DNA from: a virus
Taxonomy: Duplodnaviria; Caudoviricetes
IMG/VR virus record: IMGVR_UViG_3300008459_000274
Location: 1-28,380 of that record
Length of the DNA stretch: 28,380 bases
Direction: 5' to 3' (one strand)
The notes under the pieces are model-generated. The model was not told the DNA's origin and made no database searches. It was given only the letters and a program-made list of their open reading frames with translations. The translations under genes were made by a program, and so were the position numbers. Of the stretch, positions 15,091 through 23,450 are shown in pieces; position 1 is the first letter of the stretch; every line of letters begins with the position of its first letter.

Positions 15091-16065
15091 CTACCAAGAT
15101 TTCTTTGTGAACTTTCCTGTATTGTCCCTCACATTGTGGAACTTGTGTCCACTTGGTTTGATGCCATAGTAATCATTGTTTGAATTAGAAGAATCATCCT
15201 CGTCATCATAATCCTCATCGGAATCATCATAACTATCTTCATCACCATACTCGTCCTCATCCCATTGATACTCTTGACCATTGGATGAATAAAGTGGGGA
15301 GTTCCATCCGCTTTCTCCACGATCAAGTTTGCTTCGCCAATCCTCTGTATACTCTGCAACAACTTCGTATCGGGAGCAACGACCCTTGGTGTTCTGGTAA
15401 TCCGACGGGATACTCACAACATCCTTTGGATTGATTTTTACAATCATCGTATGCCCACCATCACTATCTATAAAGTGTGGAAGGTATTTGATGGAGCAGA
15501 AATGCAATCCGCTTGAGCAAGTGCGGTCTTTATCTTCATCCACACGATAACGAGGCATCTCGCAAACATCTCCAACTTGGTTTCGGAATGTTCCAGAATG
15601 AATATCGTAGTAATTTTTTCGGGTATTTTTATATGCAAGAAACTCCCCCGAATCCGTAATTGGCAATTCTCCTGCTTCCAAGAAGTCATAGAGTTCGTTC
15701 ACCGCACGATGGGAAGGATTCTGCATGAGATTTTCCATGAACTTAATCAGAGGCTCATAGGGCAATCCATCACGCATGAATGCAAGAATCCTCTTGGTGA
15801 GAGTATTGTGGATCACTTCGCCATTGTAGGTGACTGCACCATCCACAACAGATACTCCACTATTTGACAGATAGGAATTAACCTGTTTTGTGATGTTCAC
15901 CAAGTCTACAAAAAGATTCCAATCCTTTTTTCGCAGAGCATCCAAGGCTTGCTGATACTTGGGGTGATCGTTATCAATCGTATAAGATTGTCCGTTGATC
16001 GTAGCGGCAATTCGGCCACTACCTGTGATAATAACTGCTGGTGTTTGTGTGGTTGTATTAGACAT
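15091..16065 (-). CDS. rIIB: RIIB-like protein
   Basis: NPS...ELYDFL...PITDSGEFLAYK, CSSGLHFCS..Y, KINPKDVVSIPSDY..KGR...YEV; directly downstream of rIIA. Confidence 0.9.
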   Translation of the reverse strand: MSNTTTQTPAVIITGSGRIAATINGQSYTIDNDHPKYQQALDALRKKDWNLFVDLVNITKQVNSYLSNSGVSVVDGAVTYNGEVIHNTLTKRILAFMRDGLPYEPLIKFMENLMQNPSHRAVNELYDFLEAGELPITDSGEFLAYKNTRKNYYDIHSGTFRNQVGDVCEMPRYRVDEDKDRTCSSGLHFCSIKYLPHFIDSDGGHTMIVKINPKDVVSIPSDYQNTKGRCSRYEVVAEYTEDWRSKLDRGESGWNSPLYSSNGQEYQWDEDEYGDEDSYDDSDEDYDDEDDSSNSNNDYYGIKPSGHKFHNVRDNTGKFTKKSW

Positions 16066-16102
16066 ACTATTATTTTAGTTTGGTTTGGTTTGTTTTGCTG
16101 GT

Positions 16103-18085
16103 TTAGTTTAATTCGACCGCCGCATTGAGCGTCAAGTCGATCCCCACTTGCCAGCTATCAAGCGAGGTATGGAGCAACTCTACCATTTTCGATGGGAATG
16201 TCAAATCCTTTTTCTCAATATTGCAATATTCTGAAAGATTTTTAAGAGGATTCTGATATTGCATCACATCTTTCAACCCTTCAATGAAAATCTTAAATGG
16301 ATTGTTTGCAGAGAGTTTGTTGTAATCCTTGTGCTTCAATACATTTTTGATAGTGTGCTGGTTGATCGATTTAAGAATTGCAATCTTCTCCTTGTCGAGT
16401 TTGATAGCCTTGGAATTAACCAAGTCCTTGAGAGGTGAACTACCAAGTGCCTCAATGTGCTTTGCATTGTTGACAGATACCATCTTAACATCATCGTTCT
16501 TGATACCAAGGAACTCGCAAATCTTTTTCAATCCATCTTTTCCTGTTGGATGGAACAATACATTTCCATCCGAATCTTTTAGACTTCCACCATTGAAACT
16601 CCAACCCTCTTTGTCCTTTACGACATAGTATTGTGGTGCTGTATCGATTGCAAGATCAAAGGATTCGGATTCCCAAGATTGGCGATAGCTATAACCATCG
16701 GAATTGTAGAGATTGATAATTCCCTTTGGCTTGCTGTTCTTTCCACCAGTTCCACGATTGACAACAATGGCAGGGAGTGTGGATGTTGGAGTGAAGATGC
16801 TGGAGGGGAATCCAGCCTTCACAAGGGCATCCATTTCCACTTTCTCCACCACATTGATTGCAATGTCCGCATTCTGATGGAAACGGATGAAGTGGATAAC
16901 CCTTTTCTGGCAACCCTTTGGAAGGTCATTCACATACCAAACGGCATTGTTATGGAGTGCGGCGAAACCAGACTCACTATACTTCTTACGACCCCAACGA
17001 TTTTTGGAATAGGAAACAAGAGTTGGGGCAATTTTCTGAATGGAACTTCTTGGTTCTGTGATCTCAACTTTGTTCCAATGAACCTTGCCGTTGATCATTG
17101 CGGAATTAAGGAAACTCCAATCGTTCTTGAGCTTCCAGAGTGCCAGCATTGCATCCAAAAGGTTTGGACTTGTCTTGATCGTATCCTCCACATTCTTTGC
17201 AAAGTCGAGTTTTACCAATTCGATTTTGTCATTGAGTGACTTGATCGTGAAATCACTATATGTCAAATCCTCACGCGATGGAGTGATCTCCAGTTCCCCA
17301 AGATTGAAATTGATAACCAATCCTGCCTTCCTTGCAATGTCTTGGTTCTCATAGGAGAGTTGATATGTGTTGATAGGGTATGCAACATTGCCCATCAATG
17401 CATAGGATTGATTGAGGCTTGTGAAACTACGCCAGAATGAACCAACGAAGTTTGGCTTATCGATATTCCAATCGATTTTTCCACCAGTAATGTTTGGCTT
17501 TACTTCATAATACCTGCAAGCACGATATGTGGCATTCTGGAACTTCTCGAAATCGTTTGATTTGATTGGGATTTGGACTGAAAGACCATTGGATTCATTC
17601 GTATTTTCTTGGGACACAAGAGAAATGCAAGGGACACCATTGGCATTGAAGAAAACATTGTATGTCCTCTTCACTCCATCGGTAATAGAAATCGATATAA
17701 AGCTATCAGTATAAGCAAGTTGGCTTTTGCAACCCAACCCAAGACAGCCACATTGTTCATTGGTATTTGTTTTTGTGGATTCAAAGTATTTTGTGTAAAT
17801 GTCGTAAATGTCCTTGTGGGAAATACCAGTTCCAAAGTCTTGGATTGTCAACCAAGGCTCAAGGGCATTTGGAAGATGAATGTGGACAGGAACATCTTTC
17901 TTGTTTGCGACAATGTGCGAATCCCATCCGTTTGCAACAAGTTCCCTCACGATTGCGAGAGGGAGATCACTATACAATCCAGAAAGAATTTGAAATGCTT
18001 TCTTGGATGCCTTGATTGAAAACTCTGCTTGTTCGGAGAGTTGACCGATTTGTTCTACATCTGTATTTTTATCTTGGAGTATCAT
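16103..18085 (-). CDS. rIIA: RIIA-like protein (N-terminal GHKL/HSP90-like ATPase)
   Basis: AFQILS.LYS...AIVRELVANGWDSH, IQDFGTGI, YFESTK, GCLGLGCKS...YTDSF, MGNVAYP, GELEITPSREDL. Confidence 0.92.
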   Translation of the reverse strand: MILQDKNTDVEQIGQLSEQAEFSIKASKKAFQILSGLYSDLPLAIVRELVANGWDSHIVANKKDVPVHIHLPNALEPWLTIQDFGTGISHKDIYDIYTKYFESTKTNTNEQCGCLGLGCKSQLAYTDSFISISITDGVKRTYNVFFNANGVPCISLVSQENTNESNGLSVQIPIKSNDFEKFQNATYRACRYYEVKPNITGGKIDWNIDKPNFVGSFWRSFTSLNQSYALMGNVAYPINTYQLSYENQDIARKAGLVINFNLGELEITPSREDLTYSDFTIKSLNDKIELVKLDFAKNVEDTIKTSPNLLDAMLALWKLKNDWSFLNSAMINGKVHWNKVEITEPRSSIQKIAPTLVSYSKNRWGRKKYSESGFAALHNNAVWYVNDLPKGCQKRVIHFIRFHQNADIAINVVEKVEMDALVKAGFPSSIFTPTSTLPAIVVNRGTGGKNSKPKGIINLYNSDGYSYRQSWESESFDLAIDTAPQYYVVKDKEGWSFNGGSLKDSDGNVLFHPTGKDGLKKICEFLGIKNDDVKMVSVNNAKHIEALGSSPLKDLVNSKAIKLDKEKIAILKSINQHTIKNVLKHKDYNKLSANNPFKIFIEGLKDVMQYQNPLKNLSEYCNIEKKDLTFPSKMVELLHTSLDSWQVGIDLTLNAAVELN

Positions 18086-18137
18086 TTTGGTTTGTTGGTT
18101 GGTTGTTTGTCTTGGTTGTTCTCAATTGAACGAGGCT

Positions 18138-18166
18138 ATTCTGACAGGTAGTTCATTCAATGTCGA
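18138..18166 (-). promoter_or_regulatory. sigma70-type promoter for rIIA/rIIB
   Basis: TCGACA-17-CAGAAT with TG extension, then a long AC-rich leader. Confidence 0.6.
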
Positions 18167-18175
18167 GAAATATTT

Positions 18176-18349
18176 TCAGAATTTTTTCACTTCCCCTTTT
18201 GCCTTGTTCCAAATTTTGAATAACGGAGTTCCAATCTTAAACGGATTTGTTTTCTTCTGGAACAGGGAAACATATCCAGTAGAGTAGTGCATAACTTGGG
18301 ATAGTTCACTCATGGTGAGTCTATCCCAAGGTTGTTGGTGTTTTCTCAT
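18176..18349 (-). CDS. hypothetical protein (57 aa)
   Basis: Manual translation MRKHQQPWDRLTMSELSQVMHYSTGYVSLFQKKTNPFKIGTPLFKIWNKAKGEVKKF; ATGA coupling. Confidence 0.5.
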   Translation of the reverse strand: MRKHQQPWDRLTMSELSQVMHYSTGYVSLFQKKTNPFKIGTPLFKIWNKAKGEVKKF

Positions 18350-18534
18350 TTGGTTTTTTTATAGTGGTTGACTGCTTCACATACAGATTCCCAATCTGGA
18401 ATAATCTGATAGTCCAATTTTGGATCGTCTTTCAAGATATACTTTGATGTGTCTTGTTCATTTTCACACACGATGATGTGAATGATTCTCATGCTGGTCT
18501 TGTCCCTCAAGACAAGTGCTGTTGTTTTTTTCAT
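18346..18534 (-). CDS. hypothetical protein
   Basis: AAAACCAA-ATG leader. Confidence 0.6.
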   Translation of the reverse strand: MKKTTALVLRDKTSMRIIHIIVCENEQDTSKYILKDDPKLDYQIIPDWESVCEAVNHYKKTK

Positions 18535-18541
18535 TTGGTTT

Positions 18542-18736
18542 TTAATATACTGATGATTTAGTTGTTTCAGATTTTAATTCTGAAATTGTATCGAATGCAC
18601 GGACTCCACAAGTAGGATCATCCACAAAACAAAATGGCTGTTTTAAAGTGACGATGTATCCGTTTCCAAGATCACACTCATCATCAATGTGTGCAATCCA
18701 ATCTCTTTGGTTTTTTAGTTTATCAAGTGTGGTCAT
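18542..18736 (-). CDS. hypothetical protein
   Basis: Start moved to ATG 18736, after promoter TTGACA-17-TTTAAT (18775-18803) and an AC-rich leader. Confidence 0.6.
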   Translation of the reverse strand: MTTLDKLKNQRDWIAHIDDECDLGNGYIVTLKQPFCFVDDPTCGVRAFDTISELKSETTKSSVY

Positions 18737-18811
18737 TTGGTTTTTGTTGGTTGGTTGTTCGATTGAACGCACCTATTAAACCACAAACCACAAAACCTGT
18801 CAACAACAATC

Positions 18812-19546
18812 TCACTCCTCCGCAAAATTCACATACGCTTTCTTCACAAAATCCCTGTAAAGTTCTTTGGAATAATCTTCTACATCAGAAAAGACATAGT
18901 ATGCTGTTTTTCCAATTGGTTTTTTATCTTTTACCATTTTCAGAAAATTTAAAAAGAATTGTTTTTTTGTGGAAAATTCATCTTGTCTTTCATACATGGT
19001 TTCCAATTCCCGAATGGCAGACAACAAATCTGGATACATTTCTTTTGGAATTGCACTATGTGCTGTTGATGATTTTCCACTCTTTTCAATGCTTCTCAAA
19101 ATTCTTTTGCTTGGCAAACCTCCCAAAGAACCATATCCTGTTTTCACCACATTGTATTTTTGAATTAATTTTTGAATGAAATGTAAAATCTCATGCTCAA
19201 TAACATCGGATAAAATCCTCCCATGCTTGTCTGCTGAATAATCGATCTGAATAAAAGAATTGTTTTTCGCCATTTTGAATGAATCGGTAACATGGAATGA
19301 ACCTTTTGCTTTTCCTTTACCATCCACAAATCTCACATCAACAGAAGGTTGTGGTTGCAATTCATTTAGAAAATCATAACTCGTATTGGAAAAATCCAAT
19401 TGATAATTTTTTAAAACATTGGTTTTTTTCTTTCGCACGACCTCAATAAAATCGTTCTTGATTGGTTCAAGCATCCTATTGGGAACATGAAAATATCCTT
19501 CTTGTAGAACCAATAGATTAACGAGACTATCAAATGAACCGATCAT
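18812..19546 (-). CDS. HExxH zincin-like metallopeptidase domain protein with shared N-terminal leader
   Basis: VIEHEILHFIQ plus downstream PKEMYP; TAAATA 5 nt before ATG 19546 (MIGSFDSLVNLLVLQEG). Confidence 0.7.
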   Translation of the reverse strand: MIGSFDSLVNLLVLQEGYFHVPNRMLEPIKNDFIEVVRKKKTNVLKNYQLDFSNTSYDFLNELQPQPSVDVRFVDGKGKAKGSFHVTDSFKMAKNNSFIQIDYSADKHGRILSDVIEHEILHFIQKLIQKYNVVKTGYGSLGGLPSKRILRSIEKSGKSSTAHSAIPKEMYPDLLSAIRELETMYERQDEFSTKKQFFLNFLKMVKDKKPIGKTAYYVFSDVEDYSKELYRDFVKKAYVNFAEE

Positions 19547-19588
19547 GTAGTTATTTAGGGTTTTCCGCACATTGCTTAGAAAAAGCAA

Positions 19589-19658
19589 AGAAGTTCAAGT
19601 ATGATTTGAACTTCTCTGCAAAATCTAAACACTTGAGGTTCCAAATTGGAACTTCAAG
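19589..19658. repeat. two adjacent inverted repeats; the first contains copy 2 of the 18-bp element
   Basis: AGAAGTTCAA-N7-TTGAACTTCT (19589-19615) and CTTGAGGTTCCAA-A-TTGGAACTTCAAG (19632-19658). Confidence 0.7.
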
Positions 19659-19665
19659 ATTTCTT

Positions 19666-19917
19666 TTAGCTGTTGATAGTCGATGACAACTTGGCCTTCA
19701 ATTCATTGCCATAGTTTGCAAGAACCTTGTCGATGGCTGTATTAGCACCTTCAAGTCCTTGGCTCTTCGCAATGTTAAAGATTTCGGTTGTGTCGAGAAC
19801 GAATGTGACTACTTCATCCTTTACCTTCTTGTCTGCGAATTTTGTCTTTCGAGCAAGGGTGTCTTGGAGGTCTGCTTCTTCTACTAGGGTGATGATTGAT
19901 TCAATGATTACTTTCAT
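19666..19917 (-). CDS. hypothetical protein
   Basis: Clean ORF; TAAATT variant 9 nt upstream. Confidence 0.7.
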   Translation of the reverse strand: MKVIIESIITLVEEADLQDTLARKTKFADKKVKDEVVTFVLDTTEIFNIAKSQGLEGANTAIDKVLANYGNELKAKLSSTINS

Positions 19918-20018
19918 GAGAATAATAATTTAGCAGGGTATATGGAAAAAGCAAGCTGGAATTGAGAAAATTTTCTATTGGTTAGGATTTTGTATTGGAT
20001 GCGTAGATTCAATTTGGA

Positions 20019-20594
20019 TTATTTTTTGGAAAGAAAGATAGGGCCGCTTCTATTTCCAAGGAAAGAAACATTTGAAAAATACTTTTCCAAAATACCTTTC
20101 AAAAAAAGATTTCCTTCTTTTGTTGTCATTCCCTCGTATGCGCCGAAATCTCTTGGACTATCTGGAAGATTGCATAGATAATATCCATTTGGTTTTAAAA
20201 CACCATGTATTTTTGAAATGAAACTTTCCAAATCATTTTTATCGGAAAAAACATTTAAGACTCTTCCAGAAAATACAATATCATAATTGTAGTAAAAAGC
20301 ATCTGGATTATGAATACCTTCTCTCATGTTTTCTGGAAGGTCTATCGCTTTGGCATCATACCCAAGCTCTCTCAATTTCAATGTATATGTTGCGTGTTTT
20401 CCACTACCAGCATCAAGAATTGAAACATCCTTTGGTTCTTTATCTTTAAATAGATCGAGAATTTTTGGGAGGTAATCCTTAAAGACTACTGAACTTTCAA
20501 GAACCTTTCCAGACTGCCTACCACTTTTTAGTTGTCTATCATAGACATTCTTTTCCCAAAGAAGCTCTAAAGAAAGATGGTCATTATCACGCAT
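20019..20594 (-). CDS. class I SAM-dependent methyltransferase
   Basis: ILDAGSG motif I, AID, YDIVFSGRVLNV, LKPNG; TAAATA 5 nt before ATG. Confidence 0.85.
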   Translation of the reverse strand: MRDNDHLSLELLWEKNVYDRQLKSGRQSGKVLESSVVFKDYLPKILDLFKDKEPKDVSILDAGSGKHATYTLKLRELGYDAKAIDLPENMREGIHNPDAFYYNYDIVFSGRVLNVFSDKNDLESFISKIHGVLKPNGYYLCNLPDSPRDFGAYEGMTTKEGNLFLKGILEKYFSNVSFLGNRSGPIFLSKK

Positions 20595-20605
20595 TCAATT
20601 ATTTA

Positions 20606-20833
20606 TTATTCTTTGGGATTTCTAACAGAAACGGAAATGTTCCCATCGGGTTTTCTAATTATTATTGCTTGTTGAGAAAACCTTTGCGGGAGAATTTCCA
20701 ATGCACCGTCATGGTATCTTGAGTCGATTGCACTCAAGCTATCGCATTCCATATAAACATAGGATTCCCCCGTGAGTGGGCAAAAGATTTCTTGGTCTTG
20801 TGGAGTTTCAAAATTCTTGCTTGGTATATACAT
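20606..20833 (-). CDS. hypothetical protein
   Basis: ORF with TAAATT variant 7 nt upstream. Confidence 0.55.
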   Translation of the reverse strand: MYIPSKNFETPQDQEIFCPLTGESYVYMECDSLSAIDSRYHDGALEILPQRFSQQAIIIRKPDGNISVSVRNPKE

Positions 20834-20883
20834 TGCATTGAATTTATCAAAAAATACAAAAACATCAAGCTAAATATTTCAAT

Positions 20884-21438
20884 ATGAGATCGACTGATAC
20901 CATTCTTTTGGAAAAAGCCTACGAACAAGTTTTTAAAAAACAAATCATAAAAGAAAATGATGAATCCAAGTTCAAGTTAAGAATAGATTCTTATTTGGAA
21001 GATGTCTTGGGTGGCAGTGATGGAGTTCACTCTTTACCAAAGGAGAATTTCTATGATGCAATTGAAAAAAACAATCTAAAAGAAAATTCTTGGTATGTCT
21101 ATTCCAGAAAAGATGGAACCAATGCACATCTTCTGAAGGTAACAACTATCGAAGATGGTAAAATTAATGTAGAAGATCAACAAAGATATTTCGCTACTGG
21201 CAAGTATATTGCGCCATCTAAAAACGAAAAAGATAGAGTGAAGTATAAAATATACGACTATAATCCAGAAACCGATTATCTTTCTTCTAGTGACATATAC
21301 CCCGATAATGTAATTATTGGCCCTATTGAAGATGAACAAACCATATCCAATGTGGAAGAATATCTGGATCAAATTGCAAAAAGAGGCAAGGCAATGAGTT
21401 CATATTTTAGTAGTCGTCCAGATGCCCCATTAGATTAA
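20884..21438 (+). CDS. hypothetical late protein
   Basis: TAAATA 7 nt before ATG; MRSTDTILLEKAYE leader. Confidence 0.7.
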   Translation: MRSTDTILLEKAYEQVFKKQIIKENDESKFKLRIDSYLEDVLGGSDGVHSLPKENFYDAIEKNNLKENSWYVYSRKDGTNAHLLKVTTIEDGKINVEDQQRYFATGKYIAPSKNEKDRVKYKIYDYNPETDYLSSSDIYPDNVIIGPIEDEQTISNVEEYLDQIAKRGKAMSSYFSSRPDAPLD

Positions 21439-21460
21439 TGTTTAACCCCATTGGATAGGA

Positions 21461-22218
21461 TTTCCTAATAGTTGAACGAAACTATTATTCAACTAAATAT
21501 AACAAATGGACTGGCTTGATCATTATTTAGATGGGTTATCTGAAGGAACAAATGTTGTGTATCCTCCCGATAGTAATACTTGGCGACCAGTTAAACCCAC
21601 CAAACAACAACAAGCTGTAATTCAAGATTCTATTGTTGCTGATATGGTGAGAATGAGAATGATTCAAGAAGAGAGAGAAAAACTGGAAGAACATGGTGGT
21701 GGGTTTTATGATAGTGCTGTTACAATGCAGTCAAAAATAACCGAATATGTATTTGTCGATCCTTTACCAGAAGTGTCAAATGATGATGCTTACATTAGAA
21801 TGAATGGATGGTGTTCTGGTGGATATGGTGTTGGGGGAAATTCTGAAAGAGTTTTAAGGCCAAATCATCCAGACTTTCTTGGAGAAGTAACGGTAAACGG
21901 AAGGTTGGCTTATTATACGGAAATAGGCGGGGAAAAGATAATATACAACGATACGCTCAATAGATGGGAATTATTGGCAATGTGGTATGGTAATGGACAT
22001 CCTGATAATCCATTACTAGGTATCGGCACAGGATCAAATATCCCATATCCTTTTTATGCAACATGGACAACATATATAGATCCAGTTTTTAATGCAAGTA
22101 TAGGATCAATAGAAAAAGTTGCCGTTGGAACAAGTAAAGCACCCGATCCTGGTCCCCCTTGTGCTTAAGTTTTATAATAGAATTTTTCCTAATAGTTAAA
22201 CGAAACTATTATTTGACT
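21461..22218. repeat. 34-bp direct repeat pair (21461-21494, 22185-22218) flanking ORF 21506..22168
   Basis: TTTCCTAATAGTTRAACGAAACTATTATTYRACT, 31/34 identical; internal inverted repeat TAATAGTT/AACTATTA. Confidence 0.85.
21506..22168 (+). CDS. hypothetical late protein, possibly virion-associated
   Basis: TAAATA 6 nt before ATG; helical N-half and Gly/aromatic-rich C-half. Confidence 0.65.
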   Translation: MDWLDHYLDGLSEGTNVVYPPDSNTWRPVKPTKQQQAVIQDSIVADMVRMRMIQEEREKLEEHGGGFYDSAVTMQSKITEYVFVDPLPEVSNDDAYIRMNGWCSGGYGVGGNSERVLRPNHPDFLGEVTVNGRLAYYTEIGGEKIIYNDTLNRWELLAMWYGNGHPDNPLLGIGTGSNIPYPFYATWTTYIDPVFNASIGSIEKVAVGTSKAPDPGPPCA

Positions 22219-23111
22219 CAAACTTCTACATTTTCTGGTGTCTTGGATGCCATTACAAATTCACCATTCTGTGCAACAATTTGTATGATCTTTGGATCGA
22301 AAATAACATAGTTGTAAGTTCCTTCTCCAGTTCCACGGCTACCTTGGTCGAGATAGCGAATACCCTTTATTCCATGCTTTAAAAGAAATTCCGAAGATGT
22401 TTTCTCACCTTGACCTAAAGCAAAAGATAAATCTTTATAAAAGTTTTTACCATCCTCTGCTGTATTTCCAATACTAGCGAATCTTTTCTTTATTTCTGGA
22501 ATATAATTATTAGCAATTTTTTCACCATGAACGTTTAATAATTTTTTATATACAGGAGTTTCACTAACTTCTATATTTTTAATACTATTGAATACATTTT
22601 TTATTAAATCGCTTTGCTCTTTTATGTTTTTATCCCAATCCAGAAAATCATTTTCTTTATCGGCAAGAATGTTCACTTCATAAAGATTACCCATATTTGC
22701 AATAGCCATCTTTGTTTCGTCGCTTAACTCAAAATTCTGTGGTTCTTTTAGTGCCGCATTGACTGCTTGGTGAGGATAATCAAAACCTAAGAAATCATCT
22801 TTCTGAAGTGCTTGGACAAGATTTATTTCCTTTTGATTCAGTCCAGCACTTTTAAGTAATTCGGTTGCATCGTCTGGAGAGTCAAGTTCATCGTAAACCT
22901 CTCTGACTTTGTTAATCAAATGCTTGTGGCTTAGTCCTCTTCTGTAATCTTGTGCAACCTTTGGACTTTCTGCGAAGTATAATCCCCAGCCATATGCTTG
23001 AGCACCTTCACCACTTCCGATTTTTTGCAAGTCAAATGTCCCAACAACATCATGTGGAGTTCCATGATATACTCTCTCTAAAATTGAATTACATAATTTA
23101 TCGAAATTCAT
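22218..23111 (-). CDS. ADP-ribosyltransferase-like protein (ART of polyvalent-protein type) with shared N-terminal leader
   Basis: VYHGTPH...FD...IGSGEGAQAYGWGLYFAE...GNLYEV...GIKGIRYLD...NYVIFD; TAAATA 6 nt before ATG. Confidence 0.75.
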   Translation of the reverse strand: MNFDKLCNSILERVYHGTPHDVVGTFDLQKIGSGEGAQAYGWGLYFAESPKVAQDYRRGLSHKHLINKVREVYDELDSPDDATELLKSAGLNQKEINLVQALQKDDFLGFDYPHQAVNAALKEPQNFELSDETKMAIANMGNLYEVNILADKENDFLDWDKNIKEQSDLIKNVFNSIKNIEVSETPVYKKLLNVHGEKIANNYIPEIKKRFASIGNTAEDGKNFYKDLSFALGQGEKTSSEFLLKHGIKGIRYLDQGSRGTGEGTYNYVIFDPKIIQIVAQNGEFVMASKTPENVEV

Positions 23112-23113
23112 GG

Positions 23114-23446
23114 TTAATATTTAATGTTCCATTTATCATCAAAAACCTTCGTTCCATTCTTGTGTAGTTTGTGAATTACTAAATTTGGAAAAACCTTTGC
23201 ATCACTTGCTAATCTAAACCCAATATTCCCAATAGCTTCATTCTTGCTTGTTGCATGGGTTTTGAATTTCTGATTGTTTAAAACTATTATGAATATTCTT
23301 TTACTATGATCTTCTATGGATAATTTCTTCGCAACTTGAGGTTCAAGATTTTGAATTTCTAAATCTGAAAGGCTTTCGGGATCTACATCATAGTAGGGGT
23401 CGAAATCTCCTTCCAAAACTAGAGAAACAAGATCATTGAATTTCAT
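23114..23446 (-). CDS. hypothetical late protein with shared N-terminal leader
   Basis: TAAATA 5 nt before ATG; MKFNDLVSLVLEG. Confidence 0.7.
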   Translation of the reverse strand: MKFNDLVSLVLEGDFDPYYDVDPESLSDLEIQNLEPQVAKKLSIEDHSKRIFIIVLNNQKFKTHATSKNEAIGNIGFRLASDAKVFPNLVIHKLHKNGTKVFDDKWNIKY

Positions 23447-23450
23447 GGAG

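Noticed and set aside
16329-18019. Long plus-strand ORFs opposite rIIA, and similar antisense ORFs over sigma, tilS, LysM and 26739..28175
   Set aside because: Shadow frames of well-supported genes, with no motifs or expression signals.
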